64,000 nt of DNA from an uncultured virus (IMG/VR IMGVR_UViG_3300031998_000073). Lineage: Duplodnaviria; Heunggongvirae; Uroviricota; Caudoviricetes. The notes under the pieces are model-generated. The model searched no databases and was not told where the DNA came from. It saw nothing but the letters and a program-made list of their open reading frames with translations. This document shows, piece by piece, positions 18,650 through 28,400 of the stretch; position 1 is the stretch's first letter; the number at the start of each line of letters is the position of its first letter. The DNA lies in the IMG/VR virus record IMGVR_UViG_3300031998_000073. One strand, given 5' to 3'. A program made the translations under genes and the position numbers.

Positions 18650-18903
18650 GCGCTACAAATGCGCTACAAATTTCTAAATCGCTACAAAAATAAAATTCGG
18701 AAACCCTTTGTTTATCGAGGTTTCCGAACTTTTTGTGGAGGTGCCTGGCGCACCTTTTATTGTAGCGCAGTTTTATTTGCTTTGGAAATCCAAAATTATT
18801 GTAAGTTGTTGATAATCAGCGTATTTGTATTTGCTTACTAATTCCACGTAGTTAAAAATGATTAAGCGGAGTAAAGAAATTGCGCTACAAATGCGCTACA
18901 AAT
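18650..18903. other. attP: integrase arm sites and core
   Basis: GCGCTACAAAT at 18650, 18661, 18882 and 18893; partial copy at 18680; inverted copy at 18760; core AGGTG-CCTGGCG-CACCT at 18739-18755. Confidence 0.75.
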
Positions 18904-18916
18904 AAAGAAAATTTCG

Positions 18917-18924
18917 TATCTTTG
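18917..18924 (+). promoter_or_regulatory. integrase promoter -7 element
   Basis: TATCTTTG about 27 nt before the ATG. Confidence 0.7.
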
Positions 18925-18950
18925 CAGCCGTAACGCAACTACATTCGATT

Positions 18951-20402
18951 ATGACACAGATCATCGCACGGGGCAGCAAGGACGATGGTACCGTCAACCT
19001 GTATGCCCGGCTATACAAAAGACCCAGCCTGAACAAGACCGTCGCTCTCGGCATCACGCTGGCCGAAAACGACTGGAACTATATTGACAGAGTCCTGAAA
19101 GATGCTGAGGCAGCCCAGAAGAGCGGCAGCACCATCGCCATCAGGGATGCACTCGCCATGAAGCTGTGGACGGTGAAGACCGTACTTGACAGCATGATCA
19201 TTGCCGGGACGGCTACGGCTGGGACGGCCAAGGTGACCATCGACGAGATCCTGCGTGAGGATATTATAAAAGAGGTGGATCGCCAGCATGAGGAACTGGC
19301 AAGGAAGGAAGAGGAGTCGAAGCGCGTGACGCTGATGGACTTTATCGCCGACTTCATCCGGCAATGCGAGAGCGGGGAGAGACTGAAACGCAGGAGTGCC
19401 AGGATGATCACCGATGGCACTATCAGGAGCTATAAAGGCACGCTGTCGCAGCTGGAACACTACCAGAAAGCCCGTCACAGGATCCTTGACTTCGACGACA
19501 TGACGCTGGACTTCTATGATGACTGGCGCAGATTCTTCCTCGAGAAGAAGGACGCGAGGGGCAATCCCCGTCCGTATTCACCAAACACCATCGGGCGTCA
19601 CGTCAAGAACCTGAAAATATTCCTATACGCTGCCAAGGACATGAAGCTGACCACCACGACGGAGTTTGAGAGCAGCCGTTTTGTGGCAGACTCCCAGGAC
19701 GTGGAGAATGTCTATCTGACAGACGAGATGGTGCAGGAGATGTATATGACGGACTTTGAGGATGAAAAGACGATCAGACGCCTGATGAAGCTGGCACCCA
19801 ATGATGAGGAGCGGGCCATTATGAAGGATCAGCTGACCAGACGGACGCCTAAACTGCTGAACGAGGCAAAGGACATCTTTGTGGTGGGATGCCTGACCGG
19901 GCAGCGCGTCAGCGACTATAAGCGCATCAACGACACCATGTTCCGCACCCTGAGCGACGAGAACGACTATATCTATCTCCAGCAAGAAAAGACGGGGAAG
20001 TGGATATACATTCCCCTTGATCTCCGTATCAGGGCGATACTGGCCAAGTATGGCGGCAGGCTGCCTCACATCTACGACCAGGATCTGAATGAGCGCATTA
20101 AGGTGATTGGGCGTCTGCTTGGATGGCGTGAGAATGCAGGCATCAAGGAGCTGCACGGTACGATGGAGATCCCGACACAGAAGAAGTTCTACGAGTGCAT
20201 CAAGACGCACACGGCCAGACGGTCATTCGCCACCAACGCCTATAAGCGGAAGATCTCACTATCGTCTATCATGGTTATCACCGGACACAGTTCGGAGCGC
20301 ATGCTGAAGAAATACCTGAAGCTCGACGATGAGGAGAAGGCCATCATGGCAGCGGCAGAGTTCGCAAAGGCAAAGGAAGTCAAACTTAGAAAAGCAGAAT
20401 AA
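18951..20402 (+). CDS. int: tyrosine integrase
   Basis: TGQRVSD, QEKTG, HTARRSFATN, TGHSSE and Y catalytic motifs. Confidence 0.95.
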   Translation: MTQIIARGSKDDGTVNLYARLYKRPSLNKTVALGITLAENDWNYIDRVLKDAEAAQKSGSTIAIRDALAMKLWTVKTVLDSMIIAGTATAGTAKVTIDEILREDIIKEVDRQHEELARKEEESKRVTLMDFIADFIRQCESGERLKRRSARMITDGTIRSYKGTLSQLEHYQKARHRILDFDDMTLDFYDDWRRFFLEKKDARGNPRPYSPNTIGRHVKNLKIFLYAAKDMKLTTTTEFESSRFVADSQDVENVYLTDEMVQEMYMTDFEDEKTIRRLMKLAPNDEERAIMKDQLTRRTPKLLNEAKDIFVVGCLTGQRVSDYKRINDTMFRTLSDENDYIYLQQEKTGKWIYIPLDLRIRAILAKYGGRLPHIYDQDLNERIKVIGRLLGWRENAGIKELHGTMEIPTQKKFYECIKTHTARRSFATNAYKRKISLSSIMVITGHSSERMLKKYLKLDDEEKAIMAAAEFAKAKEVKLRKAE

Positions 20403-20633
20403 TATATATACAAAACAGCGTTTTTATATACACATCGTATATGATATATATAATTTTGTGCAAAAATTGTACATTTTACTATATATTTTTTAGGAATTAT
20501 TGTATTTCAATGTACAAATAAGCACAAATTTTTAGTGAAAAACGCTTATTGTATATAAAACCGACGAAATAAGACTGTTTGAACATGCTTATTCTTTCAA
20601 GTCTTTGAAGAATTAGAAAGAAATGGAAAGCAA

Positions 20634-20660
20634 ATAGGCCCGTCATCACGACGGGCCTAT
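20634..20660. terminator. hairpin downstream of int
   Basis: ATAGGCCCGTC-atcac-GACGGGCCTAT. Confidence 0.7.
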
Positions 20661-20846
20661 GTTTTCAGGATAATATAATATGAAACAGCATTAAAAAAGC
20701 CCGACGCCTCGGGCTTGATGCATACTTCATTTTTTGAGCTTCTCATTTCTCTATGAAGAGTAATAATGGTGCTGCAAAGATACAACATTTTAACGACTTT
20801 CTTAACACTTCGGCGATAAAATATCATGGTTTATTGCCTTGAACTG

Positions 20847-20886
20847 AATTATATGAAAAACACAATGAGATTTCTGCGTAACTTTG
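20847..20886 (+). promoter_or_regulatory. late-type promoter for the ejection operon
   Basis: AATTATATGAAA-N20-TAACTTTG. Confidence 0.8.
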
Positions 20887-20912
20887 AGGCCAAAATCATA
20901 AATTGCGCAATT

Positions 20913-21704
20913 ATGAAATGGAACATCCTTAATCAGCCGTTGGGCAGCGTATGTCCACCAGGCTCACCAACAAAGAAAGAAATCGCCTTCACAGCCCTTG
21001 CAGGACTTATATCTGCTGCCATCGCGGCGGGATCCACGGCATACGGCGGCGCCAAGTCAGCACAGGCCAACAGGGAAGCCAGGGAAAGGCTGGCAGGAGA
21101 GAGGGCCGTCACCGAGGCCGAGCGTATGCGGAAGAAGCATGAGTCGTGGACAGACACGGCCAGCGGCATGAACACCATCCGCAAGCTCCAGGACATGGCA
21201 GACCAAGAGTACCGGCGAGACCGGGGGGCAGCAGTCGTAGGAGGAGCCACCGAGGCAGCCGTCGCGGCAGGCAAAGACCTCCAGAACCAGAAGCAGGCCG
21301 AGATCATCGCCGACGCCGTGGCAGCCCATGAGGACAAGAAAGACCAGGTGGACGCATCCTACCGCCAGCAGCTCCGCGGCCTCAACCAGCAGGAGATAGC
21401 CCTCGACCAGCAGAAGGGACAGAACATAGCGCAGACTGCGGCAGGCCTGGGGAACTCGCTGGCACAGACCGCTGCGGCACTGGGATCAGCAGAGATGATG
21501 GGCGCAGGCAGTCCGGCAGGCGGTGCTACGACTCCTGCAACGGTAAAGACTGGCGGGGAGACACTTCTGCAGCAGATGGGCACCAGTTCACTTCCCTCGG
21601 ACGTCCAGAGGCAAATCGGCATGCAGTACTATCTTGGCAACAACTATAGCAGACTGCTCAATAACGAGAATTTCATGCGCTATCTCATTACAGGTCAAAA
21701 ATAA
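20913..21704 (+). CDS. putative ejection/pilot protein
   Basis: Hydrophobic Ala/Gly-rich N-terminal helix then coiled coil; start chosen downstream of the promoter. Confidence 0.65.
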   Translation: MKWNILNQPLGSVCPPGSPTKKEIAFTALAGLISAAIAAGSTAYGGAKSAQANREARERLAGERAVTEAERMRKKHESWTDTASGMNTIRKLQDMADQEYRRDRGAAVVGGATEAAVAAGKDLQNQKQAEIIADAVAAHEDKKDQVDASYRQQLRGLNQQEIALDQQKGQNIAQTAAGLGNSLAQTAAALGSAEMMGAGSPAGGATTPATVKTGGETLLQQMGTSSLPSDVQRQIGMQYYLGNNYSRLLNNENFMRYLITGQK

Positions 21705-21716
21705 ACGCTGACAATT

Positions 21717-22475
21717 ATGGGACTTTTTCAGGACTTTCTTAGAAGTAAGACGGCGACGCCGCAGAACGGTGTCCCACAACAGCAGCCGGCGGGTAACATC
21801 GTTATCCCGACCCTTGACACGACCAACGCCATCGGATCAGTATTGGACATTCTCGGCCCCACGCCAGCAGAACGCGAGGCCCAGGAGCGCAGGCTGATGC
21901 AGAACAGGACGAAGATGCAGGCCTGGACGGGACTCTTCGACGGACTCCGGCAGCTTGGCAACCTCTACTATGCCACCAGGGGCGCAACACCCCAGCCGCT
22001 CAACAATTCCCAGCAGATCGTGGACAACGAAATCCAGCAGCAGCGCCAGTTCTACGACAATATAGCCAACTACAAACGCCAGTACAACACCTCGCTCTAC
22101 AACCTGCAGAGGCAGATGAACGAGGACGTGCGTAAGGATAAACTGGCAGACGCACAGCAAAGCTGGTACAACACAAGGGATGAGATGGCACGACTGAAAG
22201 CCGAGAATGACAGGCTTAAGGCTGAGGCATCCGCAAGGAATACAGATGCCAGGACAAAGAATACTGAGGCAAAGACCGAGACTGAGAACTTCCTGCGTGA
22301 CAAACGCGGTAATGAATACGACTCGCGGGCAACAAAGAATCTCCAGCAAGGTCAGGCAGCAGTAACCAGAGCCAACAAGTCAGGCGGCAGTAAGAAAAAA
22401 GACAGCAGCAAAGGAAAGAAGGTAATAACCGGCTATCAGATACAAGGAGAAAATAAAAAGGGTAGATTATATTAA
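21717..22475 (+). CDS. putative ejection protein
   Basis: Gln/Asn-rich helical protein between the pilot-like gene and the giant gene. Confidence 0.6.
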   Translation: MGLFQDFLRSKTATPQNGVPQQQPAGNIVIPTLDTTNAIGSVLDILGPTPAEREAQERRLMQNRTKMQAWTGLFDGLRQLGNLYYATRGATPQPLNNSQQIVDNEIQQQRQFYDNIANYKRQYNTSLYNLQRQMNEDVRKDKLADAQQSWYNTRDEMARLKAENDRLKAEASARNTDARTKNTEAKTETENFLRDKRGNEYDSRATKNLQQGQAAVTRANKSGGSKKKDSSKGKKVITGYQIQGENKKGRLY

Positions 22476-22477
22476 GT

Positions 22478-25400
22478 ATGGAAGACGGCAAAATATATGG
22501 CAGCGAAAACCGCCGCAAAATGTACGAGAACCTTTCAAACGACGGATTTGAACTCGGCACATTTGAGGATTTCAATCAGAACATGGATAACAAGGATACC
22601 CGCCAGGCTATATACAGGGCCGCTCAGGGTGCCGGTTGGGAACTTCCAGAATACGATCAGTTTGACCGCGATATGACCGTCAGACGGATGAAGATCGGCG
22701 GTGAGATGAAGGAGGTTGACCATTCCACGTATGATGACTTCATGAAAAGGCATCCTTCCGGTACGAATGTCAAGAAGGGCTTTGTCGGCCAGACACCACA
22801 GCAAGCGCCCCAGCAGCCCCAGCAACAGCCGAAGCCTGTTGCCGTCTCTTCTGCACCCAAGACCGTTGAGGCACCTGAGAGTCAGACGGTGGGCACCCCA
22901 TGGGGGTCAGAGGGCAGTGCTACAGGAAAGAGCGCAGCCTACAAGCCGTCTGCCCCTGGCCAGGTACGTGAGACGGGTGATCCCGGAGCATCACAGTTTG
23001 GCGTACCGTATAAGCCAGACACCGAGATGAACGCCGCAGAACGCGACGCAGTATATCGTCAGAATGACTTTGCCGTCAAGCAGCTCAGGCAGATGGAGCG
23101 TGAGGAAGAACGACGCAGCCAGCCTGTCACGGATACCGGCAATAAGGATGTCAACAGTCACATCATCAAGACACAGGGCGAATGGGAGGACGACCTGCAG
23201 AAGGGTGTTGAGCGTATCAGCAGCTCCGTAGTCGTGCCAGCCGTCGATAAGGCCGTTGCCGAGTTTGACAAGAAAGCCAGTGAGGTGTTTGAGGGTGGAA
23301 GGAAGGATAGCAACGCTACGGGCGGTCTGCCAACCGGCACAGCCGCAGGTGCAGGCATCTTCGGTAATATCCGTGAATCCAATCAGGCCAAGGATCCCGA
23401 CAAGATCCTCAACTATCTGAAACAGCAGATGGAGAGCGTCTATAAGGACGGTTCGTTTGTTGAGAAGATTGGCAAGGAGGCCGACAGGATGGGCATAGAC
23501 CGCAACGAGTACCTGGAGAAGATCATCAAGCCGCAGATCCAGTCGGATCTCGCCAGCCGTTTCGAGAGTTCCATGATTTCAAAGGAACTTCCCAAGAGCG
23601 GCCTGGAGTATGTCGTGAACGGTCTTAGCAACAGTATTGTCGGCATGGTGGCCGACACCTTCCTGAAGACCAAGAGCCAGCGCGCCTATAAGAATCAGGC
23701 TGAGGCTATGACGGAAGAAGGCCGTAACCCCAATTATAGCCCGAGCACGTCTGCCAGTCTTTCAAAGATTGGTGTAACCTTTGCTGCCGATGCTCCTTTC
23801 TTCGGAGTGACGGGAAGGGTAGGCGGTCAGGTGGCTAAGAAGTTTGCTGAGCGTCAGATCCAGAACATGATGGCGAAAGGTCTCAGTGAGGGCGCTGCCC
23901 GCAGCATTGTTGGCACTGCACTGGAGAATAGTGTAGGTGCCAGGATGAAGAACTATATCATGCAGCACGTCATCAGCAGTGGTATTACTATGGGTGGCTT
24001 CAACGCTTTGTCCGAGGGTGCCAGACAGGTGCGCGACGACGAGTTTGATCCCTTGAAGCTGGCAGGATCCACAGCCGAAGGCCTGGCCACCGGTGCTGCC
24101 TTCGGTCTTACCGGAGGTGTATCTCAGGCACTTTCCCAGCCTTTGAGCGGCTTTGCTAAGATTGGTGCCAAGGCTGCCGGCTTCGGTGCCGAGGCTGAGA
24201 CGATGTATGCCACTGAGGAACTGGCAAAGATGATCCAGGGCGAGGAAGGCTTTACCAATCCCTTTGAGGGTAGTGTTGAGTCCCTGATGAAGCTGGGAGT
24301 GATGAAACTGTCAAGCCCTGGCGGCCTCGTGAAGACCATTGGCGAGATTGCCCATCCTCTTAGGAGTAACCAGGCACAGCGTACTGGCGTCAACTTCACC
24401 AAGGAAGAAGAGGCTCTGATCCGTGACTCTGCCGAAGGTAAGTCGCTGCTGGAGGCCCTGAGCGGCATGCACCCGGATAAGGCCGTCAGTGAGGTCAACG
24501 GTAAGAAGAAACTGACTCCGGAAGGTGAGGAGATGCGCAGGAATCTGGCAGACTCCTATAACGCTTTCATGGAGAATCCCGAATATCCCGCCACTGTGAA
24601 GGAGAAGGTGGCTGCTGTCCTTGGTGGCGTGTATAAGCCAGGACTCGAGACCGGGGCCGATATCGTACAGGGTGATGATGGCAGCGTTACGCTGAAGACC
24701 CGTGACAAGGACGGCAACTGCATCCGTGAAATGAAATTTGACTCCTTCGAGGATGCTGACAAGTGGCGCAACGAGTTCAAGAGTCAGATGGAGCGCAACG
24801 ATGCCGTGAACATGTGGAACAATGCCAGCGACGAGACCCGCCAGAAGATTGTCGATGCCGTCAGGGATCAGATATCCGGTGAGAAGGAGGCCGCAGAAAT
24901 GCTTGAACGTGCCAACGGCATGAGACAGAGCCGCATGCAGCGAGAACTAGAGAAACTGAACAAGTTCAAAGAAGAGCATGAAGGCCGTGAACTGACCGAC
25001 GAGGAGGCCCGCGAATATATCCAGATGGTCATACGCGACGGCAGCGACGAGGTGTTTAGGGAGATGTACCAGACTATCCACGACAACGCTAACCCAAAGG
25101 ATGAGTACAATCCCAAGCGCAATTACGAGGACGGGCGAAAGGTGGATTCCATGGAGCGCCACTTTGCCCAAGCAGACGTACAGATTCAGGAGGAGAGGCT
25201 GGCGATGCTCGGCCAGGACTTTGCCAAAGAGGTGACCGGTGCCGCAGGCTATGCCGACGAGAAGATGGCAGAACTGGCCATGAGGAAAGACGTGACCAAG
25301 GAACAGCTGGAGGCAGCCAGGGACTACTATAACGCTACGGCCAAACTCGCCGGAGTAATGGAGGAGGCCTTGAAGGAAATCGACGAGCAGGTTGAGGCTG

Positions 25401-28400
25401 CCAATGCCCAGATCCGGCGAAACACCCATCCTGACAGCGGTGCTTTGATAGAGGCCAGCTACGACAACAAGGACTACTATGTGACAGCCGGGCACATACA
25501 GATAATGCCAGACGGCAAGATCGTCTCATCCGACGGAAGCGGTGTCGTGATCCTCCGCGACAGGAACACGGGCGAGATAGAGGTAATGAACCCGCAGAAC
25601 CTTACCGTGACAGCCATTTTGGATCCGAAACGCCTGATTGATGCCAACGAAAGCATGGAAGGCCTTCGCGGCCAGCTGGTGAAGCAGGCAGACGACTCCA
25701 TAGAGCTGCATCCAGATACGCCAGAGACTCCCCAGGAGATGGGTGAGACCTTTACGGGTTCCGACGGCAAGCTGTATATGGTTGCCGGTGAGCCTGACGG
25801 GACTGGTAACGTGGTATGGCTGAAGATAGGACTTAACGAAGAAGGAAACCCTGTTGGAGAGCCGCAGCCGCTTGATATCGACGAGTACCGCAAGGCCAAG
25901 AGCGACGAGATCGATGCGGCAGACATGCCTTCAACAGAAGAAACGCCTATAGATACTGTGTTAAGAGTGCCAGAGGTTGAACAACCCGCTTCTGATGGCC
26001 AGGCTGAGAATATGCGACGTGAAGACGAAGGTGAGGGAACAAGGGTTGAAGCGGTTCCCTCACCAGAACGCCCGGAGCATCCGCAATCCACTTCGTCCAG
26101 CATTCCAGTTGACGAGTCTGGCAAAAAGCTCTATGAGCAGGCAAAGCCCGAAGACACCCTTTCTGACCTTATTGAGAAGCGGGGTGAGGACAAGGCAGAG
26201 AAGATGGTTGGCCAGATGGTTGACAACATCTCCAGGCAGATCAGCGAACTGTCTAAGAAAGACATGTCAAAGGTCACTGACATGAACGATATTGATGCCT
26301 ATGAGACTGAAATATCCGATCTGCACAAGAAATTGGACTACTGGAAAGGCATTTCTGACAAAATAAAGACCGAAAAGGCAAAAAAGTCATGGAATAATTT
26401 GGTAAATCCAAAAGAAATTCGTAACTTTGCAACAGATCCTGAAGGTCAGCAGAGATGGGTTGACGAACACATCGACGAGATTGTAGATTCTTACATACGT
26501 ACTCATGGCAATCTGCTCGACCCCGATGAGATTAGAAATGCTTTTGCCGGTATTGGTTACAATGGCAAAAACGTTACGGAATACAGAGAACAAGAGGGGC
26601 GGGTGGTAGCCGCCATTTACGAAAGAATGCTTAGCGAAGCCGTTGCTAACGGCAACACAAGCATAACACTGCTGACAGGCGCCGGAAAGAGTACGGCGAC
26701 GAGACAGATGGACCTCAGCGGACGCGGAGTAGTCTATGATTCCGCATTCAACAAGTTCAAGAAGCTCAACGAGGCCATTGAGGCTGCAAAGGCTGCCGGA
26801 ATGAAGGATATACAGGTAATAGCAGTCTATAACGACGCCACAACCTCCTTCTCCAACAGTGTAGAGCGAGGACTCAGGACAGGCAGGTTCATGTCGCTTG
26901 ACTACTTTGTCAACGGCGCCTTCCTCGAGAACAGCGGAAAGATATCACAGCTGAGGCAAGCCTATCCCGATGTGGAGATCATTGCCTTTGACAACAGCGG
27001 CAACAAGGCGTCAGAACGCCCGGATGGTGGCCGCGTGACGCCGGAAGAGGCAGAGGGATGGGACTACACGCTGAACGACTCGAAGTTAAACGAACTATTA
27101 GATATATTTGAAAATGGCATTAACGAAGGAAGATTTACAGAGGATCAAATTGCCTCTATCGGACGAGGACTACGTAATGTTACACGACGAATCCCCGATC
27201 TCCGAGTGGAGACTGAGCAAAGAGTTTCCAGAATTGCACAGGGCATATTTCCACAAGATGTGCCAGATCTTCGACCAGGTGTTCCCAGGGGAACAGGTGG
27301 GAGCGGACGAGGTGGACTGGTACCCGCCGCAGACGGAGCAGTTCAAGGATCATCCGGAGGACGTCCGGCTGAGGGAGAACAGGGAGCGCCTGGCCATGGC
27401 ACTGAGCCAGCGGCCCCAGCTGATGGACCGTCTGGAGCAGGCGGAGAAGGCCAGCCAGTCATAGACCAGAAACAGAAGAAGAAGCTTTTTAAGACCGCTG
27501 AGGCCAATACCGGCAAAACATTCACCTTTACCAGCAGCTCCGGTGTACGGTCAGAACTTACCCTGCAGCGCATAGACCATAACGGCGATGCCGTCGTTAC
27601 GCGTCAGGACTACGACGCCCAGGGCAATCCCGTAGGCGAGGCGCGTGAGGAGCGCTATGCAGCCGTTAAGGTAGGAGAGGCCATCGATAACGGCACATGG
27701 AAGAAAAACCTCAACAGCGAGGAACATCTCCGTGAAGTCATGAGAAACAAGCCCGGAGCCGCTAACGTCATCAGCGTGTTCAGTGATGGCGAGATCGACA
27801 GACTGTGGAAAACATACGAATCAGGAGACAAGGAGGCCTTTGAAAACCTTTACGACGAATATCGTAAAGACCATTTTGAAGACCTTATCGCACTCAGTCA
27901 GCGTGAGCGCGTCAGCTCTGCAGAGCGCACGTTAGGATACGGAACGCGTGAGGAAAAGATCCGCAGGCTCAGGAAGATATACCAGGGCAATGACGATGCA
28001 GTGCTTGCACTCAGCGACGAGTCCATGGAGCCGCAGTCGGTGGAGGAGTACATTACCAGTTTTCTCGGTGATGTACCAAAGCCCGGTGAAGGATCCATTG
28101 CCTGGGACAGTTACGGAGAGGGTGACGCCCGTGTCATAGGTCTTCGGGACGAGACAGGTTTTGGCAGCAGGGGATTCGGGGGTGACACGAAGGGGTTCAA
28201 TCCGTGGCTGGCTGCAAAGGGACAAGGTGTAAGTCTTGCAAAGTTTTCAGAGTCGCTCCATGAACAGTTGCCGGAAGGTCTAAAGGAACAATATACGGAT
28301 CAGGACATCCGTAACATTCTGCTTGACATCCTGACAAATGCTGAGAAGCCCACTGATATTCCAAACAGCATCCTTTATAACCGTATGCGGCTTGCAGAAG

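Noticed and set aside
18730..18760. Complete tRNA or tmRNA gene
   Set aside because: Only a ~15-nt 3'-end-like fragment is present, with no D-arm or anticodon arm
20400..20690. dif/Xer site in the AT-rich spacer after int
   Set aside because: Loose inverted repeats exist but there is no convincing XerD arm (TTATGTTAAAT)
25977..26285. Other alternative-frame ORFs inside the giant gene (also 28479-29120, 31722-31943)
   Set aside because: R/S/T-rich shadow-frame composition with no initiation context, and the main frame is mostly clearly coding, unlike 27114-27464
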